From positions 1 to 56,456 of the forward strand of contig JBAXRT010000002.1 in NCBI GenBank assembly GCA_037131065.1: 56,456 nucleotides of DNA, in the 5' to 3' direction. Position 1 is the first letter of the stretch. Each line of letters opens with the position of its first letter. Position numbers and translations under genes: made by a program. Source of the stretch: a bacterium. Lineage in GTDB: Bacteria; Bacteroidota; Bacteroidia; Bacteroidales; FEN-979. The notes under the pieces were generated by a model. It searched no databases, had not been told where the DNA came from, and saw only the letters and a program-made list of their open reading frames with translations. Below, piece after piece: positions 24,580 through 33,383 of this stretch.

Positions 24580-25977
24580 TTACTTTCCGATGCAAAACCG
24601 GTTGAAGATATTGGAAAGGATCTCATCATTGGTTATTTCACCGGTGATCTCGCCAAGATGGTACAAGGCTTTTCTGATATCAGTTGAAAGGAGATCGGTC
24701 GAAACATTACTCTTAATGCCCCGGTATATCTCCCTGATCGACTGAAGGGTCTTTTTCAGGGCTTCAAAATGACGTGTGTTGGAGATGATGACTTCACCCT
24801 GTATCTCTGTTTTCCCAATCTTTTTGAGAAGGGTTTCGGCGATGAGGTGAATATTCTCTTTCCTTTTTCCTGAAACAAACACAGTGTCATATTCAACAAA
24901 CTGCTTGAAGCCAGTGGGCAGTACTTTAAGTTTATCGGTCTTGTTCCCGACGAGGATCAGGTGTTTTGTCCTGCTTTCCGTAACCTCTCTGAATTCCTTC
25001 AAAGCTTCCATGACATCATCGAAGGAATCTTCCCTGACATCAAAAACATAAAGGATTATACTGGCCTCACCGATTTTTTTCCAGGTCTTTTCAATCCCGA
25101 TCGATTCAATCTTGTTCTCAGCAGCCCGGAGCCCGGCGGTATCAATGAAACGGAAACTGTATCCGCCGATGACAATGGTATCCTCGATTGTATCCCTTGT
25201 AGTACCAGGAATTTCCGACACGATAGCCCTCTCTTCATTGAGTATGGCATTAAGGATGGTGGATTTGCCGACATTGGGTTTACCGATGATGGCCACCGGA
25301 ATGCCATGTTTCAGAACGTTTCCAAGGGAGAAGGATTTAATCAGTGAGGAAATTTCATTTTCAATCGCTTTCAGCAGTAACATAAGATCAGACCTGTCGA
25401 CAAATTCTACCTCCTCTTCACTGAAGTCAAGCTCCAGCTCGATCAGGGACGTAAGATCAATAAGTTTTCCACGGAGTTCGCTGATCTTTTTCGAAAATCC
25501 TCCACGCATCTGCTGAATTGCAAGAGTGTGCGATGCACCCGATCTTGATTTAATTAAGTCGGCAACTGCTTCTGCCTGCGACAGGTCGAATTTACCGTTC
25601 AGAAAAGCCCTCAATGTGAATTCACCTGGCTTTGCCAGGCGGACCTCTTTAGATAGCAGTAATTCAAGAATCCTTTGCTGGATATAGGGTGATCCGTGGC
25701 AGGAGATCTCGATAACGTCTTCACCGGTATAGGAGTGTGGTGTGCGGAAGAGGCTCAGCAACACTTCGTCGACCAGCTCTTTTCCATCCATGATGGATCC
25801 ATAATGTATTGTATGAGATTTTGCTTTTAGAAGAGCTGTTTTCCTGACATGAGGACGAAATATTTCATTGCATACCGAAAAGGTTCCTGGACCGGAGAGC
25901 CTGATTATCGCGATTGCCCCGATTCCTGGTGGCGTGGCGAGTGCACATATCGTTTCGCTCTTTATTTCTTTCAGCAT
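24580..25977 (-). CDS. mnmE: tRNA modification GTPase MnmE
   Basis: It has TICALATPPGIGAIAIIRLSG, the G-domain motifs GKPNVGKST and DTAGLR, NKTD, and the C-terminal FCIGK. Confidence 0.92.
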   Translation of the reverse strand: MLKEIKSETICALATPPGIGAIAIIRLSGPGTFSVCNEIFRPHVRKTALLKAKSHTIHYGSIMDGKELVDEVLLSLFRTPHSYTGEDVIEISCHGSPYIQQRILELLLSKEVRLAKPGEFTLRAFLNGKFDLSQAEAVADLIKSRSGASHTLAIQQMRGGFSKKISELRGKLIDLTSLIELELDFSEEEVEFVDRSDLMLLLKAIENEISSLIKSFSLGNVLKHGIPVAIIGKPNVGKSTILNAILNEERAIVSEIPGTTRDTIEDTIVIGGYSFRFIDTAGLRAAENKIESIGIEKTWKKIGEASIILYVFDVREDSFDDVMEALKEFREVTESRTKHLILVGNKTDKLKVLPTGFKQFVEYDTVFVSGKRKENIHLIAETLLKKIGKTEIQGEVIISNTRHFEALKKTLQSIREIYRGIKSNVSTDLLSTDIRKALYHLGEITGEITNDEILSNIFNRFCIGK

Positions 25978-25981
25978 CGGA

Positions 25982-25989
25982 CAAAAATA
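25982..25989 (-). promoter_or_regulatory. -7 promoter box (TATTTTTG on the minus strand) for mnmE, implying a leaderless or near-leaderless mRNA
   Basis: The plus strand reads CAAAAATA, only 5 nt upstream of the ATG at 25977. Confidence 0.35.
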
Positions 25990-26020
25990 TGTAAAAACTT
26001 TCTGAATTTATTATTTGGTT

Positions 26021-26028
26021 TAACTTTG
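26021..26028 (+). promoter_or_regulatory. -7 promoter box TAACTTTG for sucD
   Basis: Matches TAnnTTTG, 58 nt upstream of the ATG at 26086. This places the heptamer array in the 5' UTR. Confidence 0.45.
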
Positions 26029-26050
26029 CCGATTCAATAATTTTAAAATT

Positions 26051-26085
26051 AATTCGTCACTCGTCATTAGTAATTCGTCATTCAA
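26051..26085. repeat. Degenerate heptamer tandem repeat (AATTCGT CACTCGT CATTAGT AATTCGT CATTCAA) ending at the sucD start codon
   Basis: Period-7 array read directly from the sequence. Positions 26050-26069 match 2876-2895 at 19 of 20 nt. Confidence 0.8.
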
Positions 26086-26961
26086 ATGAGTATTCTCGTA
26101 AATAAGCACTCAAGGGTCATTGTTCAGGGTATCACGGGCCATGAAGGTTCCTTTCATACATCACAGATGATTGAATACGGGACCAATATTGTGGGTGGTG
26201 TTACACCTGGCAAAGGAGGAAGCCTTCACCTTGATCGCCCCGTTTTTAATACAGTTGCTGATGCTGTAAAACAAACCGGAGCGAATGTTTCGGTAATTTT
26301 TGTGCCGCCCCCCCTTGCTGCCGATGCCATCCTTGAAGCTTCAGAATCCGGGATCAAACTGATTGTGTGTATTACGGAGGGGATCCCTGTAAAGGATATG
26401 ATCGCGGTTAAAAATCATCTGAAGACAAAACAGGTGAGGCTTATTGGACCCAACTGTCCTGGTATCATCACTCCGCCATCAACCAAGCTGGGGATCATGC
26501 CTGGTTTTATTCATAATCCCGGTACCATAGGGATTGTTTCCCGCTCAGGAACACTGGCATATGAAGCGGTCGACCAGATAACAAAGGTCGGGCTGGGTCA
26601 GTCGACAAGCATTGGGATAGGCGGAGATCCGATCCCCGGAACCACCATTGTTGAGGCTGTTCAGCTCTTTATGGAGGATAATGATACGGAAGGCATCGTG
26701 ATGATCGGTGAAATCGGAGGCAACATGGAAACGGATGCCGGATACTGGATTAAGGAGCATGGTACAAAGCCGGTAGTGAGTTTCATTGCCGGAGCCACAG
26801 CGCCAAAAGGGAGGACCATGGGCCATGCCGGGGCCATCGTCGGTGGGAAAGCAGATACGGCTGAAGCAAAGAAAGAGATCCTGAGGAGTTGCGGCGTTCA
26901 CGTAGTGGATTCTCCGGCCGACATCGGTTCAACGATGTTTAACATACTCAAACGCTCCTAG
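26086..26961 (+). CDS. sucD: Succinate--CoA ligase (ADP-forming) subunit alpha
   Basis: It has [31 protein letters not shown] and GHAGAIV (catalytic His) motifs. Confidence 0.92.
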   Translation: MSILVNKHSRVIVQGITGHEGSFHTSQMIEYGTNIVGGVTPGKGGSLHLDRPVFNTVADAVKQTGANVSVIFVPPPLAADAILEASESGIKLIVCITEGIPVKDMIAVKNHLKTKQVRLIGPNCPGIITPPSTKLGIMPGFIHNPGTIGIVSRSGTLAYEAVDQITKVGLGQSTSIGIGGDPIPGTTIVEAVQLFMEDNDTEGIVMIGEIGGNMETDAGYWIKEHGTKPVVSFIAGATAPKGRTMGHAGAIVGGKADTAEAKKEILRSCGVHVVDSPADIGSTMFNILKRS

Positions 26962-28341
26962 ATCAGGAGTACTGCCTCTGTCTACCCCCCTGATATCAAA
27001 GGGAACTCCAATCGGTATACCCTTATCAATGACCGGAGAGATACTATCGATCATGTAATCGAACAACTGTGGGTTCACAAACCGTGGATCTTCATTTGCG
27101 AAGCAGTTTATGTAACGTAAAGGATCGTTCAAATCCTTTTCTGTTCTTAAAAGGCAATGGTCAAAAGTATATTCGAATGAGACAGCGGAAACCGAATCGT
27201 ACATAAGCTCCTCGCCGCTGTTCCCGTAAATGATGCTATTCCCGAAATAGGCCTTTAAAAGCGGGAAGGGGATTTTGTTCCCCAGGGTATCATACACAAA
27301 GTTGCTGAGGTAGAGAGATGGTGAAGTCCTGACCGATCCCGACCAGTAATTACCTATGGTAAGTTGTCTGAAATCATAACTTCCGCCACCGGTTATTGCA
27401 ACTGCTGATCCGCCGCAATTACCGACAATGCAATTGGTCGATACCAGAGAGGATGATTCAGTTAAAATGCCATCGCCGGTCATATTCTGGATCACGGTAT
27501 TGTCAAGTTTCAGGTCTGTCTGTCCTGAAATGCTTCCCGAAAAGATTCCAATGCCGGTCTTGCCGTTCCTGATGATGCCATAATTGATCTCGTTTGCGGT
27601 ACTTCCCTTTTCGAGGAAAATCCCATCCCACTGGCCGGGGAGATCCCGGTAATAAGGATCAAGCCGGTCGCCGGTAAATTGCACCGGATGTTCGGAAGCC
27701 CCATATACCATCAACCTGCTTCCTTCAGCAATACTCAGCGATGATTTCTGGTGGAAATAGATTTTGGTGCCTGGCAGCATGGTCAGGGTGGATCCAGAGT
27801 CGATATTTAATACTCCGTAAATTACATGTGCTTTAAGACTGTCCCAAAAAAGATCACCGGTCAGGTGCTCGTTTTTATAAAAGAATGCATTTTGTCCCCA
27901 GGCAACGAGCTTGACCTGCTGGAAATTACCGTTTGTGATGAAAAGAAGTGAATCGCTGACCACGAAAGGAGTGTTTTTGTTGTTCGGATCAATGGTTACC
28001 CTTACAAATATATATATACTGTCTTCACCCGGAATTTCAACATTGCCCAAATAGGATGAAGGGATCCCATTGATATTTATACTGTAGTTTGACGACTCTC
28101 CGCCGGCAAGCCGGACAGAGGAGATACTCACCTTATTCTTGTTCCGGTTGTAAACGAGAAGCCTTTGAGTAACCGAACCAACGGTAGTGAAAACGGTGTC
28201 AAAGTAGACCGTATCGGATGAAAATCCGAGGATAAGGGACGGGTCGTTGTTTAACTGGTCCTTCTTACGACAGGAGGGAAAAAAAAAGAGGATGACCAGA
28301 AAAAGGGTCATGAATGAATATAAGATGCTGAATGTCCGCAT
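26929..28341 (-). CDS. Lipoprotein with right-handed parallel beta-helix repeats (function unknown)
   Basis: The signal peptide and lipobox read [24 protein letters not shown]. The middle is rich in Gly/Asn/Ile repeats. The C-terminus reads [17 protein letters not shown], typical of beta-helix proteins. The start is moved from the TTG at 28362 to the ATG at 28341. Confidence 0.6.
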   Translation of the reverse strand: MRTFSILYSFMTLFLVILFFFPSCRKKDQLNNDPSLILGFSSDTVYFDTVFTTVGSVTQRLLVYNRNKNKVSISSVRLAGGESSNYSININGIPSSYLGNVEIPGEDSIYIFVRVTIDPNNKNTPFVVSDSLLFITNGNFQQVKLVAWGQNAFFYKNEHLTGDLFWDSLKAHVIYGVLNIDSGSTLTMLPGTKIYFHQKSSLSIAEGSRLMVYGASEHPVQFTGDRLDPYYRDLPGQWDGIFLEKGSTANEINYGIIRNGKTGIGIFSGSISGQTDLKLDNTVIQNMTGDGILTESSSLVSTNCIVGNCGGSAVAITGGGSYDFRQLTIGNYWSGSVRTSPSLYLSNFVYDTLGNKIPFPLLKAYFGNSIIYGNSGEELMYDSVSAVSFEYTFDHCLLRTEKDLNDPLRYINCFANEDPRFVNPQLFDYMIDSISPVIDKGIPIGVPFDIRGVDRGSTPDLGAFEYVKHR

Positions 28342-28359
28342 GGTTATATTAAAAGAATA

Positions 28360-28367
28360 CAAAGATA
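28360..28367 (-). promoter_or_regulatory. -7 promoter box (TATCTTTG on the minus strand) for the beta-helix lipoprotein gene
   Basis: The plus strand reads CAAAGATA, 19 nt upstream of the ATG at 28341. Confidence 0.45.
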
Positions 28368-28415
28368 TGGAATCTCAGTGATCCATATTAGAAACGTAAA
28401 AGACAAGGATTATTG

Positions 28416-28423
28416 TAACTTTG
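28416..28423 (+). promoter_or_regulatory. -7 promoter box TAACTTTG for the alpha-glucan operon, with a second candidate TATATTTG at 28443-28450
   Basis: There are two TAnnTTTG matches, 54 and 27 nt upstream of the ATG at 28477. Confidence 0.45.
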
Positions 28424-28476
28424 CTTTTCGATGTTTTTCAACTATATTTGAAAATCCTATTGAAAATATCGGTAAA

Positions 28477-30426
28477 ATGAGTTATATAAATTTTGATAAA
28501 AGCCAGCTTGTCAACCTTGAGTATTCTCTGAAGCGGGAGTTACTCAGATCAAACAGGGCAGGTTCATATGCCAATTCTACCATCATTAACTGCAACACAC
28601 GAAAGTATCATGGAATGCTCGTCACACCACAGCCCATGATTGACAACGAGAATCATGTGTTGCTCTCCTCCCTTGATGAAACGGTCATACAAAGAGAATC
28701 GGAATTCAACCTGGGAATTCACAAATACCCGGGGAATCTATACACCCCCAAGGGTCATAAATATATCCGTGATTTCGTCACAGAGCCGATTCCAAAACTC
28801 ACCTACAGGGTGGGAGGGGTTATCCTGACCAAGGAGATGATATTTTCCACGCTGGAAAGCCGGATGGTCATAAAATATTCGCTGGTTGAAGCCAACTCTC
28901 CGACCAAGTTGCGGGTAAGACCGTTCCTGGCCTTCAGAAATATTCACACCCTGGGAAGGGAGAATATTTTTGCCGACAAAAAGTATGAGGAGGTTAAGAA
29001 CGGCATCAAGATTAGGATGTATCAGGGATATACCGACCTGATCATGCAGGTTTCAAAAGTGAATGAATATACACATGTGCCGGATTGGTACTACAATATT
29101 GAATACCAGGAAGAGATGGAGAGGGGATACGAATATCAGGAAGATCTCTACAATCCCGGTTTTTTTGAATTCGATATCAAAAAGGGAGAAAGCGTATTCT
29201 TTTCAGCCTCAACTAATGATATCAATCCGGTTTCAATGAAACGGGCTTTCCAGGCAGAACTGTCAAACCGGATACCGAGGGATAATTTCGAGAATTGTCT
29301 GGTGAACGCTGCTCACCAGTTTATTGTCAGGCGCGGAAAAACCATTGAGATAATGGCTGGTTTTCCATGGTTTGGCAAGCGGGGCAGGGATACCTTCATC
29401 GCCCTTCCCGGACTTACCCTGATTCATGGGGATCACAAAACCTGTAAGGCGGTGATCGACAGCATGCTAACTGAACTGAATGGTCCGTTTTTCCCTTATG
29501 CCAGTTCTGGTAACAAGGTGAGCTATCAGTCTTCAGATACTTCACTTTGGTTTTTCTGGACCCTGCAGCAATATGCAGATTTTTCCGGATCGAAATCCAG
29601 AATCTGGAAAGAATACGGGCGAAAGATGAAGCTGATCCTTGAGAGCTACAGGGACGGAACGGACTTTAACATTCACATGGAACCCGATGGTCTGGTTTAT
29701 GCAGGAGTTCCCGGGATGCCTGTTACCTGGATGGATGCCGTTTCATATGGGAAACCGGTAACGCCCCGTACCGGAAATTCGGTTGAGACAAACGCCTTGT
29801 GGTATAATGCGATCATGTTCGCCATCGAAGTATCAAGGTTATCAGGTGATAAATCGTTTGAAATTGAATGGAAGGAAATAGCTGAAAAGATCCCGGGTGC
29901 ATTCCTGGAAAAATTCTGGAATGAGGAGAAACGTTATCTTGCCGATTATGTGGATGACAGTTACAGGGATTGGACTGTGAGGCCAAATATGATTTTTGTG
30001 GCCTCGCTACCTTACTCCCCGGTTGATGAGGACATCCGTAAGGAAGTGCTCAGCAGGGTAAAGCAGGAATTACTTACGCCCCGGGGTTTGAGGACCCTGA
30101 CCCCCAAGAGCCCAGTATATAAAGGAAACTATGCCGGAAACCCATCGGAACGTGATCTGGCCTATCACCAGGGAACCGTCTGGCCCTGGTTGCTGGGGCA
30201 CTTTGCCGAGGGTTATCTGAAGATTCACGGGAAAAGCGGCCTTTCATATGTTAAAGATATTTTCCAGGGTTTTGAAGCGGTCATGACGGAGCATGGGATC
30301 GGAACGATTTCTGAAATATACGACGGGGATCCTCCGTTTACCCCCAGGGGTTCAATCTCTTATGCCATGAGTGTTGCCGAACTGCTCAGGATGAATTACC
30401 TTATTAAAAAATATGAGGATGGGTGA
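28477..30426 (+). CDS. Glycogen debranching enzyme (GDE N-terminal domain plus amylo-alpha-1,6-glucosidase (alpha/alpha)6 domain)
   Basis: It has LLRSNRAGSYANSTIINCNTRKYHGMLV, AGFPWFGKRGRDTFIALPGL, VTWMDA and YHQGTVWPWLLG motifs. The start is placed at the ATG at 28477, not the GTG at 28378. Confidence 0.85.
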   Translation: MSYINFDKSQLVNLEYSLKRELLRSNRAGSYANSTIINCNTRKYHGMLVTPQPMIDNENHVLLSSLDETVIQRESEFNLGIHKYPGNLYTPKGHKYIRDFVTEPIPKLTYRVGGVILTKEMIFSTLESRMVIKYSLVEANSPTKLRVRPFLAFRNIHTLGRENIFADKKYEEVKNGIKIRMYQGYTDLIMQVSKVNEYTHVPDWYYNIEYQEEMERGYEYQEDLYNPGFFEFDIKKGESVFFSASTNDINPVSMKRAFQAELSNRIPRDNFENCLVNAAHQFIVRRGKTIEIMAGFPWFGKRGRDTFIALPGLTLIHGDHKTCKAVIDSMLTELNGPFFPYASSGNKVSYQSSDTSLWFFWTLQQYADFSGSKSRIWKEYGRKMKLILESYRDGTDFNIHMEPDGLVYAGVPGMPVTWMDAVSYGKPVTPRTGNSVETNALWYNAIMFAIEVSRLSGDKSFEIEWKEIAEKIPGAFLEKFWNEEKRYLADYVDDSYRDWTVRPNMIFVASLPYSPVDEDIRKEVLSRVKQELLTPRGLRTLTPKSPVYKGNYAGNPSERDLAYHQGTVWPWLLGHFAEGYLKIHGKSGLSYVKDIFQGFEAVMTEHGIGTISEIYDGDPPFTPRGSISYAMSVAELLRMNYLIKKYEDG

Positions 30427-30434
30427 GGTGAGAG

Positions 30435-30462
30435 AAATCTTAAATCAAAAATCGTAAATCGA
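30435..30462. repeat. Heptamer tandem repeat (AAATCTT AAATCAA AAATCGT AAATCGA) in front of the GT4 start codon
   Basis: Period-7 array read directly from the sequence, ending 10 nt before the ATG at 30473. Confidence 0.75.
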
Positions 30463-30472
30463 ATATAGAGCT

Positions 30473-31759
30473 ATGCGTGTTTTAATGTTTGGTTGGGAAT
30501 TTCCTCCGCATATTACAGGTGGCCTGGGAACAGCATGTTACGGTCTGACAAAAGGATTGGTTAAACATGGTGTTGAAGTGATCTTTGTGGTCCCCAGGGC
30601 ATTTGGCGATGAGACCAAGGAGGGATTCAGATTGCTCGATGCAAGTGAGGTCCGCCTTGATTTCAAGGAGAGTTCCAACGTTGAGCACTGGAATCAGATT
30701 AAGTATATGGAGATTGGTTCCAATCTGGTTCCTTATGTCGGACCTGAGGACTTTGAAAAACTTGTTACAGAGGATATCCTGTCACAGACCGAAGACCAGC
30801 AGACCGTTTTCTCAAAGAGCTACAGGTTTTCAGGGAAATATGGTCCGCGGCTTATGGAGGAGGTATCTCGTTATGCGATCGTTGCGTCATCCATTGCGGG
30901 AACCCAGGATTTTAACGTCATCCATGCCCATGACTGGCTGACCTATCCTGCCGGGATAGCCGCAAAGAAAATAAGCGGGAAGCCCCTGGTCGTGCATGTA
31001 CATGCAACCGAGTTCGACCGTTCCGGCGAGAATGTCAATCAGAATGTCTATGACATCGAACGAAAAGGGATGGAGGAGTCTGACTTGATCATCACGGTCA
31101 GCAATTTTACGCGCCAGATCGTGATCGACCGATATGGGATCTCTCCCGACAAGGTCATCACAGTTCACAATGCGGTTGAGCCTGCCGAGGTGACGGAATA
31201 TGAAGGTGACCAGAAGCATGTGAAAGAGAAGGTTGTAACCTTCCTGGGAAGGGTCACTTACCAGAAGGGACCTGATTATTTTGTAGAGGCTGCACATAAA
31301 GTCCTGAAAAAAGACAGCAACGTCCGCTTTGTCATGGCTGGGTCAGGAGATCTGCTGAACAGAATGATACGAAGGGTCGCCCAGTTAAAAATGGGAACCA
31401 AGTTCCACTTCACGGGATTCCTCGCCGGTCAGGAGGTTGATACTATGTTTGCAATGAGTGATGTGTACGTGATGCCTTCCGTATCGGAACCATTCGGGAT
31501 CTCACCGCTTGAGGCCATGAGGTCCAATGTGCCTGTAGTCATCTCAAAACAGTCTGGTGTGGCTGAGGTTTTGAAACACGCACTTAAAGTCGATTTTTGG
31601 GATATTGATGCATTATCCGACGCCATTTATGGGATCCTTCATTATGAAGGTCTCAAGAAGATGTTCCTTAAATACGGGAAGGAAGAGGTGGATAACCTTA
31701 AGTGGGAAAATGCCGCTTATCACGTTTTAGAAGTTTATAAAAAGGCCGTACATAAATAA
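30473..31759 (+). CDS. Family 4 glycosyltransferase of the alpha-glucan cluster
   Basis: The sequences MRVLMFGWEFPPHITGGLGTACYGL, HAHDWLT and MPSVSEPFGISPLEAM match the GT-B retaining transferase signature. Confidence 0.8.
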   Translation: MRVLMFGWEFPPHITGGLGTACYGLTKGLVKHGVEVIFVVPRAFGDETKEGFRLLDASEVRLDFKESSNVEHWNQIKYMEIGSNLVPYVGPEDFEKLVTEDILSQTEDQQTVFSKSYRFSGKYGPRLMEEVSRYAIVASSIAGTQDFNVIHAHDWLTYPAGIAAKKISGKPLVVHVHATEFDRSGENVNQNVYDIERKGMEESDLIITVSNFTRQIVIDRYGISPDKVITVHNAVEPAEVTEYEGDQKHVKEKVVTFLGRVTYQKGPDYFVEAAHKVLKKDSNVRFVMAGSGDLLNRMIRRVAQLKMGTKFHFTGFLAGQEVDTMFAMSDVYVMPSVSEPFGISPLEAMRSNVPVVISKQSGVAEVLKHALKVDFWDIDALSDAIYGILHYEGLKKMFLKYGKEEVDNLKWENAAYHVLEVYKKAVHK

Positions 31760-31769
31760 CTGCTAATTT

Positions 31770-33374
31770 ATGCGATCAATTTGTCTCTATTTTCAGGTCC
31801 ATCAGCCTTTCCGACTAAGGACCTACCGGTTTTTCAACATCGGTCATGACCATCACTACTATGATGATTATCAGAATCGTCATATCATCCGCAGGGTTGC
31901 TGAAAAATGCTATCTTCCTGCAAACAGGATGATGCTTGACCTCATTAAGGAATTCGGAGCGGGATTCAGGATCAGCTATTCCATATCAGGAACAGCCCTT
32001 GATCAGTTCTCTATCTATGTTCCGGAAGTGATCCATAGTTTTCAGGAGCTGGCCAGGACCGGGAATGTGGAGTTTATTTCTGAAACTTATGCCCACTCGC
32101 TGGCCTCTCTTGGGAGAAAGGATGAGTTCTTGAGGCAGGTCAATGCGCACTCTCGGAAGATACAGGAGTTGTTCGGTGTAAAGCCGACTACCTTCAGGAA
32201 TACGGAGCTGATATATTCCGACCAGATTGGGGAAAGTATTGCCGATATGGGATTCCACACGATGCTTACTGAAGGAGCCAAGCACGTACTCGGCTGGAAA
32301 AGCCCGAATTTTCTCTATTGCAATAATATCAATCCGAAACTTAAGCTTCTTCTGAGGAATTTCCGACTTAGCGACGACCTTACTTTCCGGTTCAGTAATA
32401 ATTCCTGGTCTGAATGGCCGTTAACTGCTGACAAATTCACAAAATGGCTCAATGCCATGAACCCAGGTGAGGAGGTAGTGAATCTTTTCATCGATTATGA
32501 GACGATCGGAGAACACCAATGGAAGGAGACGGGCATTTTCGACTTTTTCAAAGACTTGCCATCCAAAGTTTATGCGCAGTCAGATTTCGGGTTCTTTACT
32601 CCCGAAGATCTTTACCAGAGACTGCAGACAGTTGCATCCATTTCGGTTCCTCATGCCATATCCTGGGCTGATGAAGAACGGGATCTGACAGCATGGAGGG
32701 GCAACGAGCTTCAGGATGAAGCATTTGAAAAATTGTACTCCTATGAACATAAGGTTTCAGAGTGTGAAGACCAGCTGATCCAGCGTGATTGGCTCTACCT
32801 GCAAACCAGTAATCACTTCTACTACATGTGTACGAAATGGTTCTCGGCGGGAGAGGTACACAAGCACTTCAATCCCTATAAATCTCCCTATGAGGCATTT
32901 ATTAATTATATGAACGTACTTTCTGATTTTATGATCCGGGTTGATACTTACCTGGAAAAGAAAAATGAGATAACTGTTGCTCTGGCAAATTCTGTCGCCT
33001 CATCCTCTGATCCCGAGGGTGAACTTCCCATTAGAAAAATGAGGAGAAGCGCACCTGCCAAAAAGAAACAGGTTCAGAAAAAAGCAAAACCAGCTAAGCC
33101 GGAGAGCGTTTATAAAAAACTGAATTTCGATGATCTTGCCACAATTTCCGACAGGCGTATCAAGGAACTGATAAAGAAGGTGGATATTGAAACATTATCA
33201 GGAGCAATGAAAAATGCCGATGAGGAGGTAAAGGCTAAAGTTGAAAAGAATATGGGCAAAAAGGTTCTCTCCGTTTATAAAGAGATCATACAGAAACTCA
33301 AGAAAATCAATTCCAGTGAAGTTTCCGCATACAGGAAGCAGATCGTAAAGGAAATCAATAAATTATCCAAGTAA
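31770..33374 (+). CDS. Glycoside hydrolase family 57 enzyme with a Lys-rich linker and a FliG-C/MgtE-N-like C-terminal module
   Basis: The GH57 N-terminus reads MRSICLYFQVHQPFRLR, and the EHQW region fits the catalytic area. The tail (aa ~450-534) reads NFDDLATISDRRIKELIKKVDIETLSGAMKNADEEVKAKVEKNMGKK... Confidence 0.85.
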   Translation: MRSICLYFQVHQPFRLRTYRFFNIGHDHHYYDDYQNRHIIRRVAEKCYLPANRMMLDLIKEFGAGFRISYSISGTALDQFSIYVPEVIHSFQELARTGNVEFISETYAHSLASLGRKDEFLRQVNAHSRKIQELFGVKPTTFRNTELIYSDQIGESIADMGFHTMLTEGAKHVLGWKSPNFLYCNNINPKLKLLLRNFRLSDDLTFRFSNNSWSEWPLTADKFTKWLNAMNPGEEVVNLFIDYETIGEHQWKETGIFDFFKDLPSKVYAQSDFGFFTPEDLYQRLQTVASISVPHAISWADEERDLTAWRGNELQDEAFEKLYSYEHKVSECEDQLIQRDWLYLQTSNHFYYMCTKWFSAGEVHKHFNPYKSPYEAFINYMNVLSDFMIRVDTYLEKKNEITVALANSVASSSDPEGELPIRKMRRSAPAKKKQVQKKAKPAKPESVYKKLNFDDLATISDRRIKELIKKVDIETLSGAMKNADEEVKAKVEKNMGKKVLSVYKEIIQKLKKINSSEVSAYRKQIVKEINKLSK

Positions 33375-33383
33375 AGGAATGCT

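Noticed and set aside
26929-26961. Convergent gene overlaps: sucD with the beta-helix gene (33 bp), and M48 with the ABC-2 permease (23 bp, 41754-41776).
   Set aside because: Short 3'-3' overlaps are common in compact genomes. Nothing in the sequence suggests a regulatory antisense mechanism.
26086-26961. sucD without an adjacent sucC.
   Set aside because: The gene looks intact with its own promoter box. I believe split sucC/sucD loci occur in this phylum, so I do not treat this as anomalous without genome-wide data.
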